A DNA stretch of 20,000 nucleotides, taken from assembly GCA_013239625.1 (NCBI GenBank), contig MU053410.1, forward strand, positions 62,686-82,685, in the 5' to 3' direction. This DNA comes from Lama guanicoe. Lineage: Eukaryota. Position numbers and translations under genes: made by a program. Every line of letters starts with the position of its first letter. Within the stretch, counting starts at the first letter, position 1. The notes under the pieces are model-generated. The model searched no databases, was not told the DNA's origin, and was given only the letters and a program-made list of their open reading frames with translations. This document shows positions 1 to 12,021 of the stretch, one piece after another.

Positions 1-1735
1 TAAATATGACTTAAAGAAATGGAAAGATATCCCATGTTCTTAGATTGGAAGAATTAATATTGTTAAGATGGCCATACTACACAAAGCAATCTACAGTTTT
101 AATGCCCATCCATATTAACCCAGGACACTTTTCACAGAACTACAATAAATTATCCTAAAATTTAAATGGAATCACAAAAGACCCAGAATTGCCAAGACAA
201 TACTGAAGAAAAAGAACAAAGCTGTAGGAATAACCCTCCCAGGCTTCAGACAATGTTGTAGAGCTACAGTAATCAAAACAGCATGGCATTTGTACAAAAC
301 CAGACATATGGATCAATGGAACAGAAGAGAGAGCCCAGAAATAAATCCACAAACTTTTGATCAATTAATCTTTGACAAATGAGTCAAAAACATACAGTGG
401 AATAAAGACAGTCTCTTCAGCAAATGGTGTTGGGAAAACTGGACAGCTGTATGAACATCAGTGATGTTAGAACACTCTCTCACACCATACACAAAAATAA
501 ACTCAAAATAGCTTAAAGAGTTAAACATAAGGCAAGACACTATAAACCTCTTAGAAGAAAACATAGGCCAAACATTCTCCAACACAAATCTCAGCAATGT
601 TCTCCTTGGGCAGTCTACCCAGGCAATAGAAGAACAAAGCAAAAGTAAACAAATGGGACCTGATTAAACTTACAAGCTTTCACACAGCAAAGGAAACCAT
701 AAACAAAACAAAGAGACAACCTATGGAATGGGAGAAAATATTTGCAAAACATGAGACTGACAGGGGCCTAAACTCCAGAATATATGAACAGCTCATACAA
801 CTTAATAAGAAAAAACAAACAACCCAATCCAAAAATGGGCAGAAGACCTAAACAAACAATTCTCCAGTGAAAACATACAAATAGCCAATAGGCACATGAA
901 AAAATGCTCCACATCATTAATTATTAGAGAAATGCAAATCAAAACTACTATGAGATATCACCTCACATTAGTCAGAAGAACTGTTATTCAGGAGTACACA
1001 AAGGATAAATGCTGGAGAGGCTGTGGAGAAAAGAGAACCCTCCTGCACCGCTGGTGGAATGTCATTTGGTGTCGCTGTTACAGAAAACAGTATGGAGATT
1101 CCTCAAAAGACTAAAAACAGACTTTCCCTATGATCCAGAAATCCCACTTTTGGGCATATATCCAGAGGGAACCTTAATTCAAAACGATACATTCACTCTA
1201 ATGTTCATAGCAGCATTATTTACAATAGTCAAGATGTGGAAACAACCTAAATGTCCATCGACAGATGACTGGATAAAGAAGTGGTATGTTATACAATGGA
1301 ATACTACTCAGCCATAAAAATGATAAAATTATGCCATTTGCAGCAAGAGGGATGGACCTGGAGAATGTCATTCTAAGTTAAGCCAGAAAGAGAAAGAAAA
1401 ATACCTATGATATCACTTATATGTGGAATCTTAAAAAAAAAGAGACAAATGAACTTATTTGCAAAACAGAAACAGACTCTCAGACATAGAGGACAAACTT
1501 GTGGTTATCATGGGGGAGGGGTGGGAAGGATTAATTGGGAACTAGAGATTTATACGTATAGAACAGATAAACAAGTTCATGCTGTATCTCACAGGGAACT
1601 ATATCCGATACATTACAGTAACTTACGATGAAAAATAATATGAAAACAAATATATATATGTTCATATATGACTGAAGCATTGTGCTGTACACCAGAAATT
1701 GACACAACCTTGTGAACTGACTATCCTTCAATAAT
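1..1735 (+). mobile_element. LINE-1 3' portion (decayed ORF2 C-terminus plus 3' UTR), camelid L1_Vpa-like
   Basis: ORF fragments [24 protein letters not shown] and PYDPEIPLLGIYP...MFIAALFTI...WKQPKCPS are typical L1 ORF2 C-terminal peptides, broken by stops and frameshifts. The 3' UTR (tgactgaagcattgtgctgtacaccagaaattgacacaac...actgactatccttcaataa) resembles camelid L1 as I recall it. An A-rich tail follows at ~1797-1808. Confidence 0.95.
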
Positions 1736-1736
1736 A

Positions 1737-1783
<47 letters not shown>

Positions 1784-1796
1784 ATATACATATACA
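1736..1796. repeat. (TG)n microsatellite with TA/CA flanks, in the L1 tail
   Basis: About 19 perfect TG units at 1741-1778, seen directly. Confidence 0.97.
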
Positions 1797-2649
1797 CAAA
1801 AAATAAAACAGGATCCCAGGAGGCCTCAGTGCACTCACCCCAGAACTAAGAAACCATGATAATGTGGTAAAGTCCCCATTTAGCACATATCCAGTATGGA
1901 CCAGATGACATTCAAACAATTCAATGCAGATTCTTTCCAGTCCTGGCATTGCCCAGGTATCCTGGACCCTCACTGGCAGGTGGGCACAAATGGACTCATG
2001 TACACATTGACACTGGGATCTCACCAGCTTGAGCAGGAATGTGCACAGGAACTCCCTTCACAAGATAATCTTGGGAGGCCTCAAGAAAGTGGTTTCCCAG
2101 TGTCCACAGCCATCTAGGCATTGCCAGCAGTCCTAGTCTCTGGCCATCTCTCTAGTTGGAGCTCTACCACTGAGGTACCACTACGCCTAGCTATGTGCCC
2201 ACCACCAGCATCGATCCCTAAGAGCTCAGCTGTCTCTGGAAGGGGGAAGACAAACATTCCCTCCCTTGGTGGTAAACTCAGTTATAGGGGTCTCAGGCTG
2301 GGTTGCTTAGGCCCTGGATGTCAGTGAATTACTGAGATGACATGTGGTTACCCACACTCTCCACTAGGTCAGGGGAGCTCAGGCAGTTCAGCTGCAGCAG
2401 TAGCCATCCACTGGCCCTAAACTCCTATTCTCTGCCCAACCACAGCAGACTTGGGCTGGCTGTGCCCCAGGGGCCTGGCCTTCATATACCCTGTTCCTGA
2501 AGTTAGGTGATTCTCTGCCCATCTTGTATGCTCTGACCTCTAACCAAGGGATCCCACTATATATCTTATCTGCACAACACACTGACCAAATTTCAGCTCC
2601 AGCCCAATCAGTTTCCCCATGGCCTGAAACCAACTTAGTGCTTAGTAGT

Positions 2650-2780
2650 ATTATCCTGCTTTAGTTTTTGTTTTGTTTTTTTTAAGATAAACTGAAGCCT
2701 AGTAGGTTTTAAGTAGCTTTTCAGAGGTGACGTAGGTAGGAAGTAGTAGAACAAGAATTCAAAACTTGATCTCTCTTGAG
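2650..2780 (-). mobile_element. MIR SINE remnant
   Basis: attatcctgcttta...gataaactgaagcctagtaggttttaagtagcttttcagaggtgacgtaggtaggaagtagtagaacaagaattcaaaac resembles the reverse-oriented MIR core (gaaactgaggct...ggttaagtaacttgcccaaggtcac...ggattcaaaccc). Confidence 0.7.
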
Positions 2781-3159
2781 AGAACTTGAACATCTTTGTC
2801 CTTCTCACTCCTGCATGTTGTACCCAGATGCCTGTTACCCCGTCTGAGTTCCTCTCATCACCTGGGGAAGGCTTACTCTAACCTGTCCCAAGAGCATACC
2901 CCAGATACCCACTACTGAACAGAGAGACTAAGGTAGGGGTGGAGGGAAAGGGCTAAGCAGGGGACAGAAGGAGCCAGTTAGCCTGGGAGTGGGGCCTGGC
3001 CTGTCACTGAAGTCACTGGCAGGGAGAGGGACTTGAAAGATCTGTGTTCAGGGGCTCCCTGCCCTCCCAAACGGTGTGCTGGCATGGGCTGCTAGTGCTC
3101 ATTGCCAAAGTCAAACACAGACAAGCTACGGAGGTAAGAAGAAACTAACAGAAATCATA

Positions 3160-3420
3160 GGCTTCCAGTTTCTAGTCTAGAGTGTGAGGAACTTGGAATT
3201 CATCCCTCCCATCCTCAAAACAAGAAAAAATGAACAGACTGAAAAGAAACATCTCTTTCTAGACCCATCAGAGAACTGAGGTCACAGGGCAAACCACTGT
3301 CCTGAGAATTGGAGAAGGAGGCAGATGCTTTATACGGTACGATCAGAGAAGGCCAGGCCCAGTGTGGGCAGGGACTAGAACCAACACTGTGACATGCAGG
3401 CCCCAGGTCCAGCTTTCTCC
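3160..3420 (+). mobile_element. old L1M 5'-end fragment
   Basis: ggaacttggaattcatccctcccatcctcaaaacaagaaaaaatgaacagactgaaaag...gacccatcagagaactgaggtcacagggcaaac matches remembered L1M-family 5' UTR sequence. Boundaries approximate. Confidence 0.6.
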
Positions 3421-3699
3421 ATGGGATGAGCACTCCAGATGAGGGAAGCACTAGCCTCTCTCCTGCTGGTCAGGGCTGGCACAAGCTGTGATCACAGCTG
3501 TAATGCTCAGCAGATCCATGGCTGAGTCAATGGGCAGCACTTACCAGCTTTGACAGCTGTGAGCCTCGGCTGTGGTCAGTGCCCATGAAGTCTTGAGGAA
3601 GGCCAGCCTTCCTCCTGCAGGGAGGCAATCTTGAACAAGTAAACCTCGCCCTCTAGCTACTTCAAGAATCAAAACCCAGCCATGGCAATCTCAGGTACA

Positions 3700-4465
3700 T
3701 AACTATGAGAAATGAAAACATATTTCCCCACAAAAACTTGTATACAAATGTTCACAGCAGAATCACATGATCTAATGCATAATTGTGAGAAAAGTGGAAA
3801 ATAAAGTATATTTTCATTTTTGTATCTGAAACATTGGAAATATCATTTAAGAAACTAAGTAGTTATCTAATAATGGCAGGGGGAATTAAGATGTCACGAG
3901 GGTGGATGTGAAACTTCTCAATGTACAGTATTTTGTTATTTTAACTTTAAACTGTGAATGTGTTCTAAATTTGAAACAAAGTTTTAGAAATCATAGGAAT
4001 TATAGTTCCCAACTAGACATGAAATATTGTAAACATGAACAGTGTTTTTAAAATATATATAACTATTCAAAATCTGAGTTGGAAATAACAGTGGTAGAAG
4101 AGAATCTGTTAATGTCAAACTTTCAAAATGAAATCAATAGATAATGTCTAAATTTGAAGCACAGTGTTTAGAAAACACAAAATGTCTTGAATTTATTTCA
4201 CAACCTGTTAATGCATTTCATAATTTTATTTATTTATTTGTTTGTTTATCATTAACTCTTTGTACCTTATAGAGATCTTTTACGCAACAATATTTCCCAT
4301 GACAAAGATACATTTATTTGAAATATGGTGATTCCTCCAGTTTTGTTTTAGTTTTTTTCTTCTATGAAGTTCAAGTAAAATTACAATGATCATTTTTGGT
4401 TTAAAAAAGAAACTTGTATACAAATGTTCACACCAGAATTAATCCTAATAGACAAAAAGGCTACA
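3700..4465 (+). mobile_element. old L1M ORF2-end fragment split by an ~650-bp AT-rich insert between 30-bp direct repeats
   Basis: gagaaatgaaaacatat...caaaaacttgtatacaaatgttcacagcag (3705-3760) resumes at 4410-4460 (aaacttgtatacaaatgttcacaccagaattaatcctaatagacaaaaagg). 3734-3763 and 4410-4439 match at 29/30. Confidence 0.6.
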
Positions 4466-4470
4466 AATCT

Positions 4471-5350
4471 GTGGGGCCACCAGACCCGCCCCCGAGGTCC
4501 CGAAAGCCAATCCGCGCGCACGCTTCCCGGCCCCGCCCCGGCGTCCTCCTCCGCCCCGCCCCTCCCTCCGTCCACCAGAAGGTCAGTTTGTCAGGCAGGC
4601 AGGGGGCGTCCTGTCCGAGCAGCTGGAGGTTCTGCGTTTCTCCCGAGCGGCTCTGGCCTTGCTCCCTCCGGCCAGCGGCGGCGGCTGCAGCGGCGGCAGC
4701 GCAGTCCCTCCGGGAGGCGCGGTGTGGGCCGAGCGGCTGCCGCGGAGCTTCGTGTCCAGCGCCGCGGCCGCGGCGGCGGCGGCGGCGGCGCGGCCCCGAG
4801 ATGGTCCGCGGCAGGTATTCGACGTGGGTGGCGCTCCAGCAACCTGCTAAAACGGCGAGGGCTCCCCCGACGTGATGCGGTGAGTGTCCGCGCGGCCCCT
4901 CGCCCGGCCTCAGCATACGCAGCTGCGGCGCCTGCCCCACGACCCGCGACCCAAACCCAGAGCGCGGCCCCGACCCCCGCAGGGCTGCCCCGCCGTCCGC
5001 GCGCCGGGGGTCTCGGGCCTGGGCCGGGCGGTTCGCGCTGGGGCGTTGCTCGCTGCGCTTCCCGGGCCGGCCCTCACTGGGCGCGGGGAGCCGGGAAGGG
5101 GCCCGTGTAGGGGGTGGAGGCCGGGACCCGGGCCTTCAGGGACCCCCAGGACGGTAACGGGGCCCCCACCCCCGGGTGCTCCCCTCGCGGCCTTCCCTTG
5201 ACGTCGGACTGTGAAGCCGCGAAGTCCTTCAGGTGCTCGCGGCGGCGGCCGTGGTCTGGAAAGCGGTCGGCAGCGGCGTGTGTGCACAGCCCCGAAATCA
5301 TCTTGTTTGCCCCCTCGCCTGCGTTTTCCGCGGCCGGCTTTGCTTCCGTG
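4471..5350 (+). promoter_or_regulatory. CpG island with TATA-less promoter (CCAAT box and GC boxes) of the MAPK1 copy
   Basis: Very high GC and CpG density. CCAAT at 4507-4511; Sp1-type CCGCCC boxes at ~4485-4493, 4531-4539 and 4551-4562, directly before MAPK1 5' UTR-like sequence. Confidence 0.88.
4558..4879 (+). pseudogene. MAPK1: degenerate MAPK1 (ERK2) exon 1 of a non-processed duplicate
   Basis: The 5' UTR (gcccctccctccg...gtcagtttgtcaggcaggcagg...gcggctgcagcggcggcagcgcagtccctccgggagg) and coding remnant (gcg)n...cccgagATGGTCCGCGG-CAGGTATTCGACGTGGG...AACCT...CGGCGAGGGC...|gtgagtgtccgcg match remembered ERK2 [40 protein letters not shown]. The true ATG is absent, about 4 bp are lost after Met13, and there are many replacement changes. 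Confidence 0.9.
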
Positions 5351-6949
5351 GTGCCAGGGCTGCTCTCCTGCGCAGGCTTTCTAAGCAGCATGAGCGGCAC
5401 CAGTGTTGGTGTGGAATGTTTCAATCTTGAAGTTTTTAAGTGGATGTTGGTGTGGTACTGTTCGCGTTTCAGGAAGGATAAGTCGGCATTCCTGTCTCGA
5501 TTTCTTAAGGGGTCATTTGGAGTTGGGCCTAATTTGACTTTTTCCCCTTGTACCGCGTGTGACCTCCGTTACTAGCGTAAAGGCACCCAGACGTTTTAGC
5601 ACAGTGACTGTGGACTTCCCAGTTAACTGCTTTAGTGCTCAGTGTGTATGCAGCCCCGATGGAGTTCTTGCAGGACCAAATGCAGGCTCCCTTGTCTGGC
5701 TCCAGATCCCTCAGAAGCGCTGGTGGAATGGGGAGGAGGGTGTTGTTTTTTATTAGAACCAGCTACCTGTCATATTTTGTGCTGACAGAGATTTGTGGAA
5801 GTGTAGGCTCCATTACATCTAAACCTTCGTGTGAGTGTGTCTTTCGTGTTGAATGAAGGAAGCAAACTATTTATGAACAGTTCGTGTCCACCACCTTGCG
5901 GAGTGCCCTTTTTCCTTGTGTGATTGATGAATGATTCTGCAGACAACTCTGCAACTCACCGTTGTACAAATATTTTGTTCAGTGAGAGCATCATTTGGGT
6001 GAATGCTAGATTTGAAGGCCACTACCAATTAGGAGGATCTTGAGAATTAAGGTTCCTGGAAATCTCCTGATTAGAATTTCCATGTGAGTAACTTAGGCCT
6101 TTGGGGTCAGAATACGATTTGAGAGATACGGAGGTAGTCAGTGTATTCACATTTCTGAAAATAAAAGTAAAGCCAACATGGTTAATACATTAAATAACAA
6201 TGTAATTTACTCATTTAAAATATTTGTAATATTACGTACTTGTTCTCTCTTAACTGTGAACCTCTGGGAATGTTCTCCTCTTGGATTATATGAAATATCT
6301 GTAAATTGGTTTTGCTTTTCTACAGATAGGAGAGCCCTTACTGGGTGTCTTTCTTAAAGTGTTGTTTTGTTCTAGCAGGCAGTTACTGTCCTGGAGGATC
6401 TGTTTAACCCTTTTGAGGCTTGTTTTAAAAGTTTGTGATGCCTTCACTAAATGCCTGGGTCTTCTGTGTATTCTCTTGTTTCCTGCTGGTCATGATGTGA
6501 ACACCAGGAGTTGTTCAGGCCAGAGCTGCCTGTTGTTCTTTCTTTGATAATTGCCTATGAAATGGCAGTTGGCTCAGCTTAAAGCTTAAGTGAACCCCAT
6601 GTAGGTTATTGGAACCCTTTCTCAGAGAGGCTCTCTCCTCTTCTGGTTCCCTGTCCTGCAAATTCCAGCCACCTAGCCTCCCTGAGCTCTCATGTCTCTG
6701 CATCAGGAAGACCACTGTGCTGATCTATTTAGAGCCCCCTGCCTCACACCCCAGCCTAGGAAGTGCCTAGGAAAGAAAGCTGGAACACTCAGTGGGCTCC
6801 CAGATCAACCTGTCACTACTTGTTGATCAGCTTCTGAAAGATATGTTATATATGTTGGATGAAGAAGGGCTCGTGCTCCACTACCGCTTACTCCCCACAG
6901 TCAGAGGCAGAGGTCTGCAGTTCCCTCAGGGAATGGTGTTTAGGAACCG

Positions 6950-7720
6950 ACATCTGAGTGCTCAGTATGCTCATTGTTCCTGGGGTGCCTCTGCTTCTAG
7001 GCCCTTTTACTGGACAGAGCTAAGAAATAGAGAGGTAAAAAAGTTAGATTATGTATATATGTATATACACATATTTATGTCACGGTCTGTATTTATTGTT
7101 GAAAACCATGAGTTCGTGCAAATAACTCTATTTCCAGTTCATCACCACAGGATTCACTTTCACTCTCTCCCATTCAGTAGATGTCTTATTTGCAGTATAT
7201 TTACTCATTTGCTCAATCCTATAGTAATGGAGAAAATAGTTTCAAAATTACTGACGCATACCACTGTGATAAATACACTTTCTAACCAGTTTAATGTTGA
7301 GAGTACTTATGTCTTTAGACTGAGGGTAGAGAGTACAAAAATACCGTGTTGAAAAGTTACTTACATTATTTCTCCTTTGGTTAATTATGTTTTATTCATA
7401 CGAAGTAAAATTAGGTTTCCTCACTCATTTATTTCACTTTGAGTATGTGAAGTGTCAACATAATTTCAAGTCAAAGCTGTCCCCGGAAGTGTCACTGCCC
7501 CTTCCTCCTCTAATCCCTTCCAGTTTCCACCCTTGAGGGTTGTTAATGAACCTTGTTAATTTCTGGTTTATCCATCATGTTTCTTTCTGCAAAATTAAGG
7601 ATATGCTTGTTTACATATTTCCATTCTTGTACAAGTAGCATCCTGTACATACTCTTTTGTCCTTTACTTTTTTCAGTTAACAGTATATCCTAGAAATCAC
7701 TCCGTATTAGTTCACAGAAA
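6950..7720 (-). mobile_element. old L1MC-type 3'-end fragment(s)
   Basis: tgctcattgttcctggggtgcctctgcttctaggccc...ggacagagctaagaaata...catgagttc...caccacaggattcac resembles an antisense L1MC4/5 3' UTR. Boundaries approximate. Confidence 0.6.
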
Positions 7721-8049
7721 TGTGATGATAGCTGGAGTATATTAGGGTTAATGAGACTTTCTCAAGATGGAGCTATGTCCTCAGTTTGCATGCTGATGAC
7801 ACCGATCCTGGTCCTGTTTGAGAGGAAGAAGTGACACGACTTTAGAAGAGAAGCCTTCAAGGAAGCCAGGGGGCCTGGGGTGCTGGGCAGAATGGAGGTT
7901 TTGGGTTTTGATTGCTGAAAGGACACTTCACTGTGAGGGAAAATGAAGCCCTGTTGATTAGAGCCTGAGTTCTGATATAATTCTATGTCAGAGCACTCAT
8001 TTTCATTAAATGGGGAGTTATTATAAATGAGGAAAATTTGCTATGTAGA

Positions 8050-11000
8050 TTTTTTTAATTAACTTTTTTAGAGAAGTTTTAGATTCACAGCAAAATTGAG
8101 AGAAAGGTATAGAAATTTCCCGTATATCCCCTGCCTCCACTCGTGAGTAGCCTCCCTCATTATGAGCATCCTCCGTCAGAGTGGTGTGTTTGTTACAGTG
8201 GATTAACCTACACGCTTACAAGTGAGTAACCCTACCCAAGGGTTCACTCTTGATGTGCGTTTTGTGGGCTTGGGCAAATGTAAAACGGCATGTATCTGCC
8301 ATTGTCGTATCATACATCGTATTTTCATTGCCCTAAAAGTTAACAGTCATCTGTGCTCAGCCTGTTCATCCCCTCACCCTCACAACCGCTGATCTTTTTA
8401 CTGTCTTCATGCTTTTACCTTTGGCGGAGTGTCACATAGCTACTATTATATAGTATGCAGCTTTTTCAGATTGGCTTCTTTCACTTAGTAATATGCATTT
8501 AGTTTTCTCCATGTCTTTTCATGCCTTGAGAGCTCTTTCTTCTTATTGCTGAAAATTTTTCCACTGCATAGACGTATCACAATTGGTTTATCCATTTACC
8601 TACTGAAGGACACCTTGGTTTCCTCCAGGTGTTGTTGATTATGAATAAAAGCTGCTGTGCAGACTTTTGAGTGGACCTGTTTTCAGCTCCTTTCGGTAAC
8701 TACCAAGGAGCATGATGGCTGGATTGAATGGTAAGAGTCTGTTTAGATTTTTAAGAATCCACCAAAATGTCTTCTAAAGTGGCTGTACCATTTTGCCTTC
8801 CCACTGACAGTGAATGAGAGTTTCTGTTGCTCTACATTCTTGCCAGCATTGGGTGTGGTCAGTGTTCCAGATTTTGGCTATTCAAATGAGTGTGTAGTGT
8901 TATTTTAATTTGTTGTTTTAATTTCCATTCCCATGATGAAATGTGATGTGGAGCATCTTTTCATATGCTTATTTGCCATCTGTATATGTTTTTGTGAAGT
9001 GTCTGTTAAGGTCTTTGGCTCAGTTTTTAATCAAATTATTTTCTTATTGTTGAGTTTTAAGAATTCTTTGTATATTTTAGATTACATTCTTTTATCAGAT
9101 GTGTCTTTTGCAGATACTTTCTCAGTCCATGGTTTGTCTTCTCATTCTCTTGACATTGCCTTTTGCAGTGCATAATTTTTAGTTTTAATGAAGCCCAGCT
9201 ATCCATTCTTTCTTTCATGAATTATGCCTTTGATGTTGTATTTATACATTGAATTTATAGATCAAATTGGGAAGAGCTGACACCTTAAACATTTTGAGTC
9301 ATCCTATCCGTAAACGTAGACTATCTCTTCTTAGTTCTTTTTTGCTTTTGTTCATGAATTTTGTAGTTTTCCTTGTGTGGATGTTGTACATATTTTATTA
9401 GATTTATATCTAAGTGTTTCATTTTTTGAGGTTTTAATGTAGCATTTTAAATTTCAAATTCCACCTCTTCTTGTTGGTGTATACAAAAGCAGTTGATTTT
9501 TTAATATATTAACCCTGTATCCTGCAGCCTGGTATAATTGCTTATTAGTTCCAGGAATTTTTTATTCATTATTTGGGTTTTTCTACGTAGTAAACAATCA
9601 TATCTGTGAACAGCAACAGTCTTCCTTCCCTATCTGTATTACTTTTTATTTCCTTTTCCTGCCTTATTGCATTAATAAGGGCTTCTAGTATGACTTTGAA
9701 AGGGCGTGGCTTTTACCTGATTATAGTGCAAAAACCTCAAGTTTCTCACCTTTAATTATGTTAGTTGTAGGTGTTTAATAGATATTCTTTATCAAGTTGA
9801 GGAAGTTCCCCCTTTATTCCTACTTTATTGAGAGCATATGTCATGAATGGGTATTGAATCTTGTCAGATGCTTTTCCTGCATCTATTGATATGATCATGT
9901 GATTTTTTTTTTCAGCCTGCTGATCTGATGGATGATTTTAATTGATTTTTGAGTGCTGAGCAACCTTTCATAATCTGGGATAAATCCCACTTAGTTGTGT
10001 TGTATAATTCTTTTTATACACTGTTGGATTTGATTTGCTAATATCTTGTTAAGGATCTTTGCATCTGTTCATGACAGATACTGGTTTGTAGTTTTCTTGT
10101 AATGTCTTTTTCTGGTTTTGTTATTATGGTGTTGTTGACCTCATTGAATGAGTTAAAAAGTATTCTCTCTGCTTCTGTCCTCTGAAGGAGATTGTAGAAA
10201 TTTGGAATAGAGTTGACCCTTGAACAACACGGATTTGAACTGCACAGGTCCACTTACATGCAGATATTTTTCAGTGGTAAATAGTACACTACTATGTGGT
10301 CCTTGGTTGGCTGAATCCATGAATGCATAGAAACTGTGGATCCAGAGGGCTGACTAAAAGTTATACACAGATTAACTCCTGCATTGTTCAAGGGTCAACT
10401 GTTACTTCTTCCTAAAATTTTTGGTAGAAATTGCTGCTGAACCCATCTGGGCCTGGTCCTTTCTATTTGGGAAGGTAAATTATTTATTCAGTTTCTTTAA
10501 TAGACATAGACCTATTCAGATTATCTGTTTCTTATATGAGTTTGGGCAGTTTGTATCTTTCAAGGAATTGGTCCATTTCATACAGCTTATCAAATTTGTG
10601 GGCATAGAATTATTCATAGTATTCATTTTATTATAATCCTTTTAAAAACGTCCATGGGATCTGTAGTGGTGTCACCATCTTTCATTTCTGACACTAATTA
10701 TTTGTGTCCTCTCTCCTTTTTCCTTTGTTAGCATGGCTAGAAGCTTATGTTCTATATTGCTCTGAAAGAACCAGATTTCTTCCCTGTTTATTTTCTCTTT
10801 TTTGTTGTTGTTTTTGTTTTCAATTTCATTAATTTCTCTTTAATGTATTATTTCCTTATTCTGCTCGCTTTGGATTTAATTTTCTTTTTTTTCTTTTTTT
10901 TTCTTTTTTTTTTAGTGTACTAGGGTGGAAATGTAGATTATTGATTTTAGACATTTCTTCTTTCATAACATGCATTCAGTGGTGTATAAATTTTCCTTTA

Positions 11001-11607
11001 AGCACTGATTTTTCTATATACCACAGGTTTTGATAAATTGTGTTTTGATTTTCATTTACTTCAAAATATTTTAAAATTTCTATTGGGATTCCTTCCTTCC
11101 TCCCTCCCTCCCTCCTTCCCTTTCTTCCAGTTATATAGTGCTTGAGATCTCTTCTTTGACTCATGTATTATTTAGAAGTGTGTTGTTTCATCTGAATATT
11201 TGGGGGTTTTCCCATTGTTTCTCTGTTAATTTCTTGTTGAATTCTGTTGTGGACTGAGAGTAGACATTGTATGATTTCTTTTCTTTAAAATTTGTTAAGG
11301 TATGTTTTACGGCTCAGAATGGGGCCTGTCTTGGTGAATGCTGCATGGGAGCTTGAGAAGAATGTTTATCCTGCTGTTGGATGAAGTAGACTGTAAGTGT
11401 CAATGATACCAGTTGATTGATGGTGTTGTTGAGTTCAGTTACGTCCTTCCTGGTTTTCTGCCTACTGGATCTGTCTATTTCTGATAGAGATATATTGAAA
11501 ATTTTAATTATGATAATGGATTTTCCTATTTCTTCTTGTAGTTGTGTCAATTTTTGCTGCATGTAGTTTAATGCTCTGTTGTAAGGTGCATATGTGTTAA
11601 GGATTGT
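8050..11607 (-). mobile_element. L1MC1-like LINE-1 (3' UTR and decayed ORF2, with internal deletions)
   Basis: Starts tttagagaagttttagattcacagcaaaattgagagaaagg, an L1MC1-like 3' end. Minus-strand peptides LNTYAPYNRALNYMQQKLTQLQEEI, KYFEVNENQNTIYQNLW and FNSFNEVNNTIITKPEKD are L1 ORF2 remnants. Ends abruptly at 11607. Confidence 0.92.
10210..10401. mobile_element. Tigger2/MER8-type non-autonomous TcMar element nested in the L1
   Basis: Terminal inverted repeats gagttgacccttgaacaa (10210-10227) and ttgttcaagggtcaactg (10384-10401) pair at 17/18. TA on the left flank. L1 sequence resumes on both sides. Confidence 0.9.
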
Positions 11608-11924
11608 GCCGCTGGTCCTACAGTCGAGGCCCAAGGAGGGGAAGAGACCTGCCCAGGTCACCCAGCACAGGAGGGCAGTTGGGTGGGACCCAGGCCTTCG
11701 GGCTTGTCACAGGCTCCCTTCTTAGGACAGGGGTACAGGCCTGCCTGGGAAAGAAGCATCAGGAAAGTGAATAACCCTGCAGACAGGGCCAAGTCGGCTG
11801 GCTGGCCGAGCCTTAGTTTCCCTTCTGTGGAACAGGGACGGGACGGTGCCTGCTCACAGGGTCTCTGTGAAGCTAGAGATGGTGCCGCTGTGATGCTGGG
11901 GAGAGCCCTCCTGGTCCTCCTTAC

Positions 11925-12021
11925 CTGGGAAGTGGCCGGAGGGCCCTGGGCCTGGCTCTCAGCCCCATCCTGAGGGCCGATGGTGCCTGTCGAGCTGGGC
12001 GGGCTGCCGGTCCCTGCGGCC
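11925..12021 (-). other. candidate exon 2 of an unidentified, truncated gene
   Basis: Acceptor ccactctcag| and strong donor CAG|gtaagg. Contains ATG at 11968 (MGLRARPRALRPLP...) and a Kozak-like gcaccATCg in another frame. Confidence 0.35.

Noticed and set aside
4558..4879. Functional MAPK1 exon 1, or a processed retrocopy
   Set aside because: Loss of the ATG, frameshifts and many replacement changes exclude an intact gene unless the consensus is badly wrong. The retained promoter and intron exclude a retrocopy.
4390..5575. Many overlapping 100-228 aa ORFs
   Set aside because: Expected from stop-poor CpG-island DNA. They are Arg/Pro/Ala/Gly-rich on both strands and run across the MAPK1 splice donor.
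6792..7352. 186-aa plus-strand ORF
   Set aside because: GTG start, overlaps antisense old L1 sequence, no recognisable domain.
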